The notes under the pieces were generated by a model, which saw nothing but the letters and a program-made list of their open reading frames with translations, was not told where the DNA came from and did no database searches. From Heptranchias perlo (lineage: Eukaryota): 64,000 nucleotides of DNA. Shown here in pieces: positions 49,830-63,735 of this stretch (its first letter is position 1; each line of letters begins with the position of its first letter). A program made the position numbers and the translations under genes. The stretch is taken from positions 14,818,001 to 14,882,000 of the forward strand of contig NC_090339.1 of NCBI RefSeq assembly GCF_035084215.1. Direction: 5' to 3'.

Positions 49830-50952
49830 GCCTCACGAGCAGCCAGGTGAGCTGCTGTTCTGCCCATGGGTTGCTCCTCCTCCTCCTCCTCAATATGGGT
49901 GGCAGATGTGGATGGGGCCTCCTCCAGCTGCACCTCTCTGTTGTGCCACATTGTGCAGGGCACAACAGACGATTATAATGCGTCCCACTCTGTGGTGCGT
50001 ATTGAAGTGCTCCCCCAGAATGATCAAGGCACCTGAAGTGCATCTTGAGCAGCCCTATAGCCTGCTCAATTGGAGACCTGGCAGCGATGTGGCTGTCGTT
50101 ATACCGATGCTGTGGCTCGGTGGTGGGGTTCCTCAAAGGTGCCATAAGCCACGTGTGCACAGGGTATCCCTTGTCCCCAAGGAGCCAGCCCTTGTGGAAG
50201 TTGGGTGGGACGTTGGACTCAGAGGATGAAGGAATCATGGCAGCTGCCAGGGTATCTGGTGTACACGTGAAGGAATGTCTTACGGTGGTCACAGATGAGC
50301 TGAGTGTTCATTGAGTGATAGCCCTTCCTGTTGATGAACAGTCTTGGCTCGTGTGGAGGTGCTCGTATTGCTATATGGGTGCAATCGATTACACCCTGCA
50401 CCCGTGGGAAGCCAGCCACAGAGTGGAATTTCACTGCCCTCTCCATCTGGCTGAGGTCATCCGTGGGGAAGTTGATATAGTGCGAGGCCCTGCAGAACAA
50501 GCTGTCGGTGACCTGCCTTATGCACTTGTATGCAGACGACTGAGAGACCCAGGCGATGTCCCCGGTGGCACCCTGGAAGGATTCGGAGGCAAAGTTGTTG
50601 AGGGCAGTGGTGACTTTGACAGCAACAGGTAAGATGATGCTGCTCGGTCCATCCGGGAGCAGCTTGTCATTAAGGAGGCTGCAGATGTCCGCGACTACCT
50701 GGCGACTGACTCTGAGCCTCTGTACGCACTGTTCCTCAGGGGTCCAGGAAGCTGAGCCTCTGTCTGTAGACCCCGTGGCGAGGGTAGTGCCTTCTGCGAC
50801 GCATCTCTCTCTGCGGTTGCCCTCCCTCCTGCTGTGCAAGTGGATGTATCACAGCACTGTGTTGTGGAGCTCCACGTGTCTGAGGTGGACGGCGTGGCTG
50901 GCGATGCTGTTCGTCTTCCGAGAAGGTCATGACGCAGCTATGGCAGCCCCAT
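49830..50952 (-). pseudogene. Harbinger (HARBI1-like DDE) transposase, frameshifted
   Basis: [53 protein letters not shown] and [16 protein letters not shown]. Confidence 0.92.
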
Positions 50953-53059
50953 CCGGAAGATGTACATTTGAGGGGGTCCGCAAGGTAGGTAAATGTGTCT
51001 GCACACCGGGGTTGAGGTTCCAAGTTGGTGAATTTTAGTGTTAGGAGGAGGGTGGTGCAGAACAAACTTTGTCCAAAGTGACAGAGTGGCCTCCTGCAAT
51101 GAGTGAGGGTCTCCCCCCCCACCTGTCAAATGGACCTTTGCAACCCCACTGGCTGGTGGCTGCAACACGTCTGTTTCAACTGGGAGTGTTTCCCCCAGCA
51201 TGGGAAACACACTTTGTTGACATGAAAATCCCACCCCTCCTAAAATATCCCCCTAATCAGGTCTGCAAACAACCTGAACTATGTAATTAATTGCTTTAAG
51301 TGGGATCCCGCCGGCTTTAATTGCCGGTGGGAGTCCCGCATGCAGGGGGCCGCGCGCGCATCTAAGCGCGTCATTGGGGAACCCGGAAGTGGGCGGGTTG
51401 GAGCCGGGCTCCAAACCCACCCCAGGAATCCCCAATTTGCACCTGCTCAGCCATCTGAAAATTGACCTCAAAGTGTCTGCAAAGGGATATTGACAGGTTA
51501 AGCGAATGGGCAAAAATTTGGCAGATGGAATATAATGTGGGAAAATGTGAAGTCATCCACTTTGAGGGGAAAAATAAAAAAGCAAAATATTATTTGAATG
51601 GAGAAATACTACAAAATGCTGCGGTACAGAGGGATCCGAGTGTCCTCGTACATGAAACACAAAATGTCAACATATAGGTGTAGCAGGTAATCCGGAAGGC
51701 AAACGGAATACGGGCCTTTATTTCTAGGGGGATGAGTATAAAAGCAGGGAAGTCATGCTACAACTGTACAGGGTGCTGGTGAGACCACACCTGGAGTACA
51801 GCATACAGTTCTGGTGCCCTTATTTAAGGAAGGACATACTTGCATTGGAGGCAGTTCAGAGAAGGTTCACTAGGTTGATTCCGGGTATGGAAGGGTTGTC
51901 TTATGAGGAAAGATTGAACTGGTTGGGTCTATACTCATTGGAGTTTAGAAAAATGAGAGGAGATCTTATTGAAACATACAAGATTCTGAGGGGGACTCAA
52001 TAGGGTAGATGCTGAGAGGATGTTACCCTCATGGGGGAATCTAAAACTCAGGGGCATAGTCTCAGAATAAGGGGTCGCCCGTTTAAGATGGAAATGAGGA
52101 GGAATTTCTTCTCCCAGAGGGTCGTGAATCTTTGGAATTCTTTACCCCAAAAAGCTGTGGAGGCTGAGTCATTGAATACATTCAAGGCTGAGTTAGACAA
52201 ATTTTTGATCAGCCACGGAGTCAAAGGATATGGGGAAAAGGTGGGAAAGTGGAGTTGAGGCAAAAATCAGATCAGCCATGATCTCATTAAATGGTGGAGC
52301 AGGCTCGAGGGGATGAATGGCCTACTCCTGCTCCTATCTCTTATGGTCTTATGATGCAGCTATGTGGTAACCCTTTAATAGCTGCTATCCATCCAAAACA
52401 ATTAATTTAATTGGCAGATTGTGCTCATACCAGGACTTACAAAAACTGAGGAGCTGTGCTCTTGAAGCCTAATCACTTTAGCTCAGAAACTCCTGCGCCA
52501 AAGTGTCAGTCATAGCAATTTGGAAGAAAGCCAAGATGTTTCAAGGCTGATGTTGCAATACTGGAAATAACTGGTCACCTGAGGCCACCAATGCCTTGGG
52601 AAGACTTCCAGCTCACAGAAAGACTGAAGCTTTTTCCCTGGCCATACGAGATGGTATAGAGGCTGCCTCATTTGAAGCTGTGATTGCCCTGGCCACCTGT
52701 GGCTTACAGTAACTGAGGAAACACTTCTGCTCTAGAGCACCTAGAAAGTTCATCATAATGGTTTTGAATATTCCAATTCTGGGGATTCTGTCAGTGAAGC
52801 ACTGGTTTGAGGAAAAACCCTTAGGCCTCAAAATCTTCAAATTAAGAAACCCTCAAACAAAAAAATATTTGCCCTTCTTCGTGGAATCCTTCAGTGTGAA
52901 AGGATTTGCCTCAATGTAGGTTGCACTTAAGAATTTAAATCCTGCACTGCTATTTTGATCAAATCATTACAAACCTTGGCTTCAGTCTCTGCTTTTAGAT
53001 AATCATTGCCAACCTTGGCCAGTGTCCCAATGGGCCTGTAATTGGTTGGGAGCAAGGGT

Positions 53060-54052
53060 TAAAGAGATGTGACAAGTGGTACTCCTCAGGGATCTGTACT
53101 GGGCCCTCAGCTTTTCACCATATATATATATATATATATATATGTCTCAATGACATGGGTGAAGGAATAGAGAGTTATTTATCCAAGTTTGCAGATGACA
53201 CCAAGATCAAAGGTACAGTACATTTGTAGATGGGAGCAGGAAGTTACAAAGGGACATAGACAGATTAAGTGAGCGGGCAAAACTGTGGCAGACGGAGTTC
53301 AACATGGGGAAGTGTGAAACCATCCATTTTGGATCCAAGAATGACAAATCGGAATATTTTCTTAATACTGAGAGATTAGGAACCGGAGTAAAGGGATTTG
53401 GGTGTCCATTCACATAAATCACTAACAACTAGTGCACAGGTACAAAGGGTAACCATAAAGGCTAATGGAATGTTGGCCTTAATCTTAAGGGGGCTAGAAT
53501 ACAAAGGAGGAAGTTATGCTTCAGTTGTACAGAGCCTTGGAGTCCTGCATTCAGTTTCGGGTACCGCACCTCAGGAAGGATATACTGACCTCGGGTGGGG
53601 TACTGGTGCAGATTCACCAGAATAATGCTGAGAGCTTAAAGGACTAAAATTCTGAGGATAGGTTGCATAAATTTGGCTTGTATTCTTTTGAGTTTATAAG
53701 TGATAAAAGGATTCAATAGGGTTGAAAAAGAGAAGCTATTTCCTCTGGTGGGGGAATCCAGAACAAGGGGGCATAATCTAAAAATTAGACCCAGCCCATT
53801 TCAGGTGTGAATCAGGAAGCACTTCTTCACACAAAGGGTAGTGGAAATCTGGAACTCTCTTCCCCCAAATGGCTGTGGGGACTGGGTCAATTGAAAATTT
53901 CAAGACTGAGATTGATAGATGTGCATTAGGTAAGGGTATCAAGAGCTAGGGATCAAAGTCAGGTAAATGGAGTTAAGTAGAGATCCAATGGATTAAGTAG
54001 AGATCTGATTGAATGGAGGCAGAAGGCTGAATGGCCTACTCTTGCTCCTATG
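53060..54052 (+). mobile_element. Decayed CR1 3' part with an internal (TA)n expansion at ~53120-53143
   Basis: ggtactcctcagggatctgtactgggccc, aagtttgcagatgacacc and CR1 tail. Confidence 0.85.
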
Positions 54053-55006
54053 CCAGTTGAAAATTAGGAAAATTCCAAGACACCTGCTCCTTTATCTTGG
54101 GGAACACTGAGCAGTGCACAGGTCATGCTGACATCGCATCTCCCTCAAAGTTCAGTTTATTAAAGGAGCCAGAAAAAGCTCCACACCATCTCCTCAGTCA
54201 CAAGGTAACAAGGGATCAAGTTTAAAATACATCAGTTCTGCGATTGCGTAACATCCATCTCTGCAAGATGCATCTCTCGCTGACGTGGGATGCTGCACTT
54301 TTTTTTTTGGATCTGGCCTGCAAATCCAGTTGTGAAGACCAACTTTTAGTAAGTGACAGAACATTTGAGTGAAACCATGCCTTTATCAAGGTAAAAGTCC
54401 AACAGGAAGGGTGAACTTAAAACCCAGCCTGAATATGTAATGGTACGTTTTGCATTGAACAAAAGTAATAAAACACTCCATTATATATAAAAATGAAAAT
54501 TCCTTCAAACGAATCAAAATGAGGATGATATTTCACAAGACAAATCAACAGTAGAATTGTTTTTCACCACAAAACAGAGATTTCTTCTTAATTCTGGAAA
54601 CAACAGGAAATGCTAACACTGATAGAAGTGAGCACTGAAAGCAAACACTTGCTCAGCAATTGCCCCTCTGGATGATGGGTCTATGAGGTATGAGAACAAA
54701 TGAATAATGAATAGTGGTATAAAATATTATTTTTCCAAACCAGAATTTTCACTCTGAATTAAATTTAAACTCCACATACATTCAGGAATGTCCTGCCATC
54801 TTTAGGGCGATTTTCTCCCAGCTCTGGCAGCTCACAACCTTGCTCTTGCTCTAACCCCTTAAGTTCTTGTCTGCTGAAGTCCCAGGTAGGTGTCTTTGGA
54901 TCTAGTGAGCACTCTAATTTTGGTGCACACATGATCATGTAACTGGTGAAACATCAAATCACAAGAAGTAAAAAGAGTGAGGTATAACATTAAAAACTTG
55001 AAAGAT

Positions 55007-55603
55007 ACATAGAAACATAGAAAATAGGAGCAAGAGTAGGCCATTCGGGCCTGCTCCGCCATTCAAAATGATCATTGCTGATTGTCTAACTCAGTACCTT
55101 GTTCCCGCTTTTTCCCCATATCCCTTTGGCACTAAGAAATATATCTATCTCCTTCTTGAATACATCTAATGACTTGGCCTCCAATGCCTTCTGTGGTAGA
55201 GAATTTCACAGGTTCACCACCCTCAGTGAAGAAATTTCTCCTCATCTCGGTTCTAAATGGCATACTCCGCATCCTGAGACTGTGACCCGTGCTTCTGGAC
55301 TCCCCAGCCATCGGGAATATCCTCCCTGCATCTAGTCTGTCTAGTCCTGTTAGAATTTTATGTTTCGATGAGATCATCTCTCATTCTTCTAAACTCTAGT
55401 GAATATAGGCCTAGTTGACTCAATCTTTCCTCATACGTCAGTCCTGCCATCCCAGGAATCAGTCTGGTAAACCTTTGTTGCACTCCCTCCACGGCAAGGA
55501 CATCCTTCCTCAGATAAGGAGACCAAAACTGCACACAATACTCCAGATGTGGTCTCACCAAGGCCCTGTATAACTGCAATAAGACATCCCTGCTCCTGTA
55601 CTC
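55007..55603 (-). mobile_element. CR1 3' fragment
   Basis: LYRALVRPHLEYCVQFWSP; (TTTCTATG)n tail. Confidence 0.88.
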
Positions 55604-55934
55604 CAATAAATACTGAAAAGATTTCTTTCCCCCTAATGGAAGGCCACATCCCTAAGCTTTGCCAGGTCAGAAAGAGATGAAAGGTTGACTGTGGGATAGT
55701 TTATATGGACTCTGAATGGATAGTGACCATTTGAACCTCAACTTGCAGACAGTAGTATACACAGATGCCCTCCACAACCCAGTTCATTAGCATTTGTTTA
55801 GTGAGATGAAACCCAAACTTGTGGAAAGCATAAGAAACAAAGTCTTATGGTCAATCCACATATAAGCTAGCAGCCTGTGTATGTCAAGTACATTATATTT
55901 CCTCTTCATGGGGAAGGTTGAAGGGGTGAGTAAA

Positions 55935-57125
55935 ATATCAGTACTGATGAAGTATTGGAGAGGGTTGATGGGGGTAGTGCGGTTAATATTGTGTACGTGG
56001 ATATTCAAAAGGCATTTGATAAAGTATCAGATAATAGACTTGTTAACAAAATTAAAGCCAATGGGATTAAAGGGGCAGTGGCAGCATAGATACAAAATTG
56101 GCTAAGGATCATAAACCAGAGAGTAGTGGTGAATGGTTGTTTTTCAGACTGGAGGGAAGTATACAATGGTGTTCCCCAGGGGTCAGCATTAGGACCACTG
56201 CTCTTTTTGATATATATTAATGACCTGGACTTGGGTATAGAGGGTATAATTACAAAGTTTGCAGATGACACAAAACTCAAATGTAGTAAACAATGTGGAG
56301 GATAGTAACAGACTTCAGGAGGACATAGACAGACTGATGAAATGGGCAGACACTTGGCAGATGAAATTTAACGCTGAGAAGTGTGAAGTGCTGCATTTTG
56401 GTAGCAAGAATAAGAGGCAATATAAACTAAATGGTACAATTTTAAGGGGGGGGTGCAGGAACGGAGAGACCTTGGGGTGTATGTACACAAATCTTTGAAG
56501 GTGGCAGGACAAGTTGAGAAGGCTTTTAAAAAAGCAGATGGGATCCTGGGCTTTACTAATAGAGACAGAGTACAAATGCAAGGAAGTTATGCTAAACCTT
56601 TATAAAACACTGGTTAGGCCTCAGCTGGAGTACTGAGATCAATTCTGGGCACCACACATTGGAAGGTTGTCAGGGCCTTAGAGAGATTTACTAGAATGGT
56701 ACCAAGGGTGAGGGACTTCAGTTATGTGGAGACACTGGAGAAGTTGTGGTTGTTCTCTTCAGAACAGAGAAGGTTAAGGGGAGAAGCGAAAGAGGTGCTG
56801 ATAAGAGTAAATAAGGCGAATCTGTTTACAGTGGCAGAAGGGTCCGTAACCAGAGGACACAGATTTAAGGTGATCGGCAAAAGAGCCAGAGGAAACATTT
56901 TTTTACGCAGCAAGTTGTAATGATCTGGAATGCACTGCCTTAAAGGGTGGCAGAAGCAGGTTGAATAGTAATTTTCAAAAGGGAATTAGATAAATACTTG
57001 AAAGGAAAAAAAATTACAGAGCTATGGGGAAAGAGCAGGGGATTGGGACTAATTGGATAGCTCTTTCAAAGAGCCAACACAGGCACGATGGGCCGAATGG
57101 CTGCCTCCTGTGCTGTACCCATGAT
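55935..57125 (+). mobile_element. Decayed CR1 RT and 3' end
   Basis: ggtgttccccaggggtcagc, LQEDIDRLMKWADTWQMKFN; tail gggccgaatggctgcctcctgtgctg. Confidence 0.88.
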
Positions 57126-58372
57126 ATTTCCTACAGGTAGGAATCAGGAACTATATAAAAGAGGGGCGAAATGAGGAAGTTTGAGGGGCTTTGGCTGATG
57201 CCTTGGTCACCCAGTCAGAAATGATGGATGGTTTGCTGCCAGCTGAAAGGCCTACTCAAGACTGGTTATAACTTACTGAATGGCACTGGTCCAACTTTGG
57301 TGTTTAGGTCACACCCCAGCATCCAATACTGTAGGATGTTGTGCAAAACCCCTTCTCCTAATACCTTGCCCTATACTGTACAAATTCTCACAGTAAGGGT
57401 CTTGCTTGGTACATCCATGGCAGGCACCTGAACAGTCCTGGCTTACTAAAACTCCCTCTCTGAACTTGGGGTTGAAGCTAGTTTTACTGACCTGATTATT
57501 GATGTTTCCCTAAATTAGAACAAATTCAGTACAGACATTCTAGAGGCCAGGAACACTTCAAATGAATTTTGTGATATTAACTAGCCCTACCCTGTTTTAA
57601 GCAAACCTGTCATGCATTAAATCACAAGTAGAGGTAAGGCAACCGGAACAGTCATGAATGTCTGATACTGAAAAGGCTCCATGGCACTCAATATAAAAGA
57701 ACTAGTAGTTGAAACTGGCATGGAAAACCTAGTAGCCCTGAGAAAACAATGGTACTAGAGTGCACCAATTGAATCTAAAACTTACTGACCAACTCACAAA
57801 GCTAGACTAAAATCACAAAAGCAGCAAAGCTACCAAAGAAATGTCAGGTTATACAAAATACAACTGGTCCAAAGATGTCTACAGCATTGAAAATTATTTT
57901 TCCTTGTGCGTAAACAGGCAGGTAAACAACCCGCAAACTTGAGTGGGAGAAAAACAAAAATCCAGTTAGGATGAACTTTGCAGAGCTAGGGGAGGAGGAA
58001 ATCACCTGAAAAGTATGAATAGTGTTGCGAGAATGTTACTTCCTCTTAAATCTGGATAGAATGAGTTTCCTATTTGTTTGTGAGGATTGAGCAAATGACA
58101 AAATAAAGTGTTCTGAACTTGTATGGCAGCTGGGTACAATTACCTGGCAAAACAGATGAACATGGACATATAATCCAACTATTGGCTTAAATTGAGAGTG
58201 TTGTTATATTGGCTTTTTTTTAAAAAAACAAATAAATGTTGGCTTAAATGTTATTTCTGCAAGTATGATTTTTGAACAGAACCTGGTTTAGCCTTGGCTG
58301 TAAAACTGTAACCGAGTCCATGAATGTAACCATTTTATAAATGGTCATTAGCACAGGGAAGAGGAACATTGG

Positions 58373-58492
58373 TTACACAGCAGATAATTGAGTGTGTTTA
58401 GACGTAGGTAGTTCAAGTAGAGCTTGCACTGTAGAACCCACTTTCACCAGTTCCCTTTCTTCCAATATATGATGAGGAAGACAAAGTTTATC
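58373..58492 (-). CDS. LRCH2: LRCH2 terminal coding exon (end of calponin-homology domain and C-terminus)
   Basis: Manual translation DKLCLPHHILEERELVKVGSTVQALLELPTSKHTQLSAV*; ttttttctttag acceptor; resembles human LRCH2 ERLCLPHHILEERGLVKVGVTVQALLELPT; synteny with IL13RA2 favours LRCH2 over LRCH1/3. Confidence 0.9.
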   Translation of the reverse strand, partial: DKLCLPHHILEERELVKVGSTVQALLELPTSKHTQLSAV

Positions 58493-60977
58493 CTAAAGAA
58501 AAAAAAATTAAAAAATTAGATTCAAATAGAAGTTTTTTCTACAAGTTGTCTGCATGTCCTAAACAAGCAATCCTCTTCTCGAAGTTAGACTACAAATGGC
58601 AGTTGTCTTAGACCTTCCCACGTCAACCATATATTCTGTCCAGTATTTTTTTCATTAAGATTACTCAAGTATTCACAGCAATTTTTTTTTTAAAAGTCTG
58701 TTTTATATACTTATTCAGCATCCAAAACCATGATTTAAGAGTTTGCTCTGAATGAGCAGAAATTTTAACCAACCTAATTTTCAGACAGAATACACATCGT
58801 GACCCATTAAACACTCAAAAAAAGATAAAATTGAAGCGGTTCCTTTGAGAATCGAGGATATACAAGATGGTATTTTGGCACTAAAAGTAGTAAAAGCAAT
58901 GGTAGAAGTTTTCAGTTAGTTTCAAGCTTTATATGGTAGTAGTATTACAGTGTAGGAATTCTTTATCGAGTGTAAGTAGAAGGGGATTTCTGTAAAAGGT
59001 TTCCGTGCAGGTCATCCCTCATCCTCCAAATGAAGAGTGATGGGAGTTAAAGTGAGACACAGCATGAGGCATTACAGGAGCCAAAAATTTACAGTTCTAC
59101 CAGCCAGATATATATGTGTGACTTAGATGTACACGTTTCCTTTAGACCAAGGGAAGTGAGATTTAAGCCAGCTAGTCCAAATATAGTTATCAGTGCAGAA
59201 GGTGAATTTAGCCAGGAGCAGAAGACCAAAGAGGTCCAGATATCACCTCTATGGACAGAGGCTGATCACTGTCTTAAGAGGTTAGCACCATTATTCTAGA
59301 GGAGGACAAAGTAACCATCTCCATCACGCCAACTCATATGGCTGTCTAATACTGTTAACTTGTCAGCTGTCAAAGGAGTCTAATCATAAATTAATCTCAC
59401 CAATTTATATCCTGCTTGGTCATAGATCTTAACTGTCAAAAAATACTCAGCAGGCCAGTTAATGCTGATTACTGTAATATAACTGAACTGTCTTTGGAGC
59501 CTCCTTAATTCAATCAGTTAACCTACCTACTAAACAATTTGCATACTCAGTCTAAATTTAAATACTGCTAATTATGATCATGACATTAATCAGGAATTGT
59601 TGCTTCATGACTATGGCTTGTCTGCTTGTTATCATTTGGCACAAGAAAGGGTTAATTGATTATCTCAGTAGATTGTGCATATCCTAATGGGAGGTTGGTA
59701 GTGTGAATGCTAACATAATCTAAACTGGTTGTCGTAATAGAATTTGGCTTGCCAAATTCAGGCATCATTCTCTCATAGGCATAGAGTGGGCAATAAATTC
59801 CAGATAGTTCCTTACTGAGGAACTAAAGTGAGGGGTTAAGGATTTGTCTGGCATTTATCTTCACCACTGACATTCTGCACTGGCTTCTGGATTGATAGAT
59901 TGCTGTGGCCAGCTCTTCTGTACCTAGGATAAAAGAGGGGGATTGGCCTTGAACATTACCCTAGTCATAATTATAACTGTATAAGTCCATGAAGTTCTAA
60001 GAAATTGAGGGGTCTCAAATTCATCAATGATTCCTAAACTCAATGCCCAACACTATGAAATTGATAAATTTAATGGGGCCCCTACCTTTACAGATTCTGC
60101 CCAGCAAATGCAAATAGTATAAAAAAAACACAGCTCATCTTGTATAGGAGCAACAACCAGACCACGTATCTCCAATTCTGGAGAGGACAGACGGGCATAA
60201 AACGAGAGAATGATTTTCCGAAATACTTTCCCTAACCCATAAGAGCAACATTATAAGGTTCAGTCTCCACAAAGTGTTGTTTTCTCCCTTATTAGCTGAC
60301 TAGTAATGGAAGACGAAGCATCTCACTGATATTACTGGAGTGCTTTGGTGGGTAGATTGGCACTTTTCTACAACTCTACTTGCCTAAATAATTTGAGCCT
60401 AGGCATTTATAGGCACTTCTTTTGGATCAAGTAGCAAACTATTTTTGCTGTGGAAACATAGCTGCAATATCTTCGAGATTTTGCTGGTACTTCTTGAGCA
60501 CCTCCTTAATATGTTCCCCAAAATAATTCTCTCTCATAAGTGCGGTCTAAATGCTTTATCTGGAAGATTGGTAATGCACAGCTGGGCATGCTACTCAAAG
60601 ATGATTGGCTAAAACCATATCTTCACTTCAAAAGTGTCACATTGGACCACTTTAGCCATTTCTTGGTATGACTATTCACCATGGGGAGTATGGACCATCT
60701 TGGCAACTGAGCAATTATGTACTTTTTAAATTGGTGCATCATTTCACCCAGTGCACCTGTTATGAATTTATCCTCATTTACAAAGTACCCTGAAATACGA
60801 CCCATGCGTCCGATCTCAGACACCATCTGGCATGTGTTCTTTCCTTTTGGAAAGACTTCCTATAAATAAGGTGTTAGATGAATATTGCAGAGGACAAGTA
60901 CAGACACCAATTATTACAGTGAATTTATCTTTCTTGGCAGGACTCTGCAATACTGACTCAGATCTCTCTAACCAAAT

Positions 60978-62440
60978 CTACAGGTGAGGTGCCTGAAGAT
61001 TGGAGGGTAGCAAATGTTGTGCCTTTGTTTAAGGGCGGTAGGGAAAAGCCTGGGAACTACAGACCGGTGAGCCTGACATCTGTAGTGGGTAAGTTGTTAG
61101 AGGGTATTCTGAGAGACAGGATCTACAGGCATTTGGAGAGGCAGGGACTGATTAGGCAGAGTCAGCATGGTTTTGTGAGAGGAAAATCATGTCTCACGAA
61201 TTTGATTGAGTTTTTTGAAGGGGTAACCAAGAAGATAGATGAGGGCTGTGCAGTAGATGTGGTCTACATGGACTTTAGCAAAGCCTTTGACAAGGTACCG
61301 CATGGTAGGTTGTTACATAAGGTTAAATCTCATGGGATCAAAGGTAAGGTAGCCAATTGGATACAAAATTGGCTTGACGACAGAAGACAGAGGGTGGATG
61401 TAGAGGGTTGTTTTTCAGACTGGAGGCCTGTGACCAGCGGTGTGCCTCAGGGATCGGTGCTGGGTCTGCTGTTATTTGTTATTTATATTAATGATTTGGA
61501 TGAGAATTTAGGAGGCATGGTTAGTAAGTTTGCAGATGACACCAAGATTGGTGGCATTGTGGACAGTGAAGAAGGTTATCTAGGATTGCAACGGGATCTT
61601 GATAAATTGGGCCAGTGGGCCGATGAATGGCAGATGGAGTTTGATTTAGATAAATGTGAGGTGATGCATTTTGGTAGATCGAATCGGACCAGGACCTACT
61701 CCGTTAATGGTAGGGCATTGGGGAGAGTTATAGAACAAAGAGATCTGGGAGTACAGGTTCATAGCTCCTTGAAAGTGGAGTCACAGGTGGATAGGGTGGT
61801 GAAGAAGGCATTCGGCATGCTTGGTTTCATTGGTCAGAACATTGAATACAGGAGTTGGGATGTCTTGTTGAAGTTGTACAAGGCATTAGTAAGGCCACAC
61901 TTGGAATACTGTGTACAGTTCTGGTTACCCTACTATAGAAAGGATATTATTAAACTAGAAAGAGTGCAGAAAAGATTTACTAGGATGCTACCGGGACTTG
62001 ATGGTTTGACTTATAGGGAGAGGTTAGATAGACTGGGACTTTTTTCCCTGGAGAGTAGGAGGTTAAGGGGTGATCTTATAGAAGTCTATAAAATAATGAG
62101 GGGCATAGATAAGGTAGTCAAAATCTTTTCCCAAAGGTAGGGGAGTCTATAACGAGGGGACATAGATTTAAGGTGAGAGGGAAGAGATACAAAAGGGTCC
62201 AGAGGGGCAATTTTTTCACTCAAAGGGTGGTGAGTGTCTGGAACGAGCTGCCAGAGGCAGTAGTAGAGGCGGGTACAATTTTGGCTTTTAAAAAGCATTT
62301 GGACAGTTACATGGGTAAGATGGGTATAGAGGGATATGGGCCAAGTGCAGGCAATTGGGACTAGCTTAGTGGTATAAACTGGGCGACATGGACATGTTGG
62401 GCCGAAGGGCCTGTTTCCATGTTGTAAACTTCTATGATTC
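60978..62440 (+). mobile_element. 5'-truncated young CR1 (383-aa RT ORF and 3' end)
   Basis: NYRPVSLTSVVGK, DFSKAFDKVPH and KFADDTK; ttctatgattc tail. Confidence 0.93.
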
Positions 62441-62684
62441 GATGTAGCAGACCACAAAGTGGAATGGGGAATTCTGAATGTAGGAAATTCTAGGAGTTCT
62501 GATTTGCAATACAATAAACAGGAACAAGGTACATAAATAAAATCCTACTTGAGAATTGATGCTGTTTATGTAGATTGTTCTAAAAATTTCAATGGGCTAC
62601 TCCCAGGAAGTAGTTCCCTCTTTGCTCTCGTTTGAAATTAGATGGGATTATTCAAACCATTACTCAAACACATCAAACAAAGTA

Positions 62685-63102
62685 AGGGATATGCAGTAGA
62701 ATTAGCCAATACTCACAAAAACTAGACAGGGCACTGGCCAAAACCACTAGACTTTCTAGAAGGAACCCAGAGCCAAGACTAGTTGGATTGATGCAGCTAT
62801 GTGGTAACCCTTTAAGAGCTGTTATCCATCCATAACAAATAATTTAATTGGCAGATTGTGCTCATACCAGGACTTACAAAAACTGTTTAAACTTCCAGAA
62901 CACAGTGAGTTAATCACTTCAGAAATTCCTGAGCCAAAGTGTAGGTAATAGCAAGATGAAAGAAAGCCAAGATGTGTCAAGGCTGATGTAGCAAGACTGG
63001 AAATAACTCATCACCTGAGGCCACCAATGCCTTAGGAAGACTTCCAGCTCAAAGACTGAAGCTTTCTCCCTGGCCATAGGAGATGGTATAGAGCCTGCCT
63101 CA
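62685..63102 (+). repeat. Unclassified ~410-bp repeat; second copy at 45655-45750 plus 52352-52670, split by the CR1
   Basis: ctagaaggaacc.agagccaagact.gttggattga|tgcagctatgtggtaaccctttaa...ggacttacaaaaactg...gaagacttccagctca shared. Confidence 0.85.
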
Positions 63103-63735
63103 AACCTCAATATCTGTGACTGACTAGAACATTTTCCTGTTTTAGAGGAATTTTTCTCTAACAGAGATTACTTGTGTTATGAGAATTATACTAAATTACA
63201 ACGGCCTTTTCCGCAGAGTGCATGAAGCAAATTCGTTCTATTTGAGGGTCTGTTTGTAATGGTTTGTTCTTTCTTGATATGCACTTCTCAAGATGAAGAC
63301 ATTCTTCAGTCTTGAAAGTTGTACCTTATTGAGGCAATGAAGAAAATTGTGGCAATCATGGGAAAAGCCCCACAACTCGATGCAGAGAACCCGAAATTGG
63401 GTGTTCAGCAGGAATCGAAAAAGGCTTCAATTTGAATAAAGTCTGCAGGCTGACCTCATGTGGAAAAATCATGCAATAATTGCAAGGGTACAGAAACAAA
63501 AAAAACTCAAAGCGACACTATCAGAGTGATTTTCCTTCACAGCATTCTGGTCTTAATAATATACATGGAGTAGAACAGATGAGAAACATAATTTAACGCT
63601 CTATTCAAGGATATCAACTTCCAATTAAAGCACTGATTCTAAAATTCTAGGCTTTCAGGCAAACGTTGTTGTAACCTTTTAGTTTTGGAATATCATTTAA
63701 CTTGCAACACAGAAATCATACTACTTGCTTATTAC

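Larger units (their letters stand above)
48437..51469. mobile_element. Full-length-like PIF/Harbinger DNA transposon (convergent Myb/SANT gene and transposase), TSD AAA
   Basis: Termini AGGCCCGATATT and GAGGTCAATTTT (rc); aaa at 48434-48436 and 51470-51472; removal restores the CR1 sequence gaggtcacaaagtgtctgc. Confidence 0.9.
45751..52353 (+). mobile_element. Decayed CR1 LINE (ORF1 esterase part, ORF2, 3' tail) interrupted by a Harbinger transposon
   Basis: VVVHVGTNNIG, AITETWL, MGDFNF, DFQKAFDKVPH and KFADDTK; RT resumes at 51470; tail ttatggtcttatg. Confidence 0.93.

Noticed and set aside
59650-60830. Stop-poor minus-strand frames (e.g. KELSGIYCPLYAYERMMPEFG...) in the LRCH2 intron as a possible endogenous viral or gene relic
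   Set aside because: No recognisable motif, and such lengths can arise by chance; tBLASTx or HHpred would be needed.
1058-63110. Most 60-180-aa ORFs in the supplied track; CRISPR arrays or prokaryotic operons
   Set aside because: The ORFs are antisense or shifted frames of repeats or chance ORFs. The sequence is eukaryotic, with spliceosomal introns and no repeat-spacer array.
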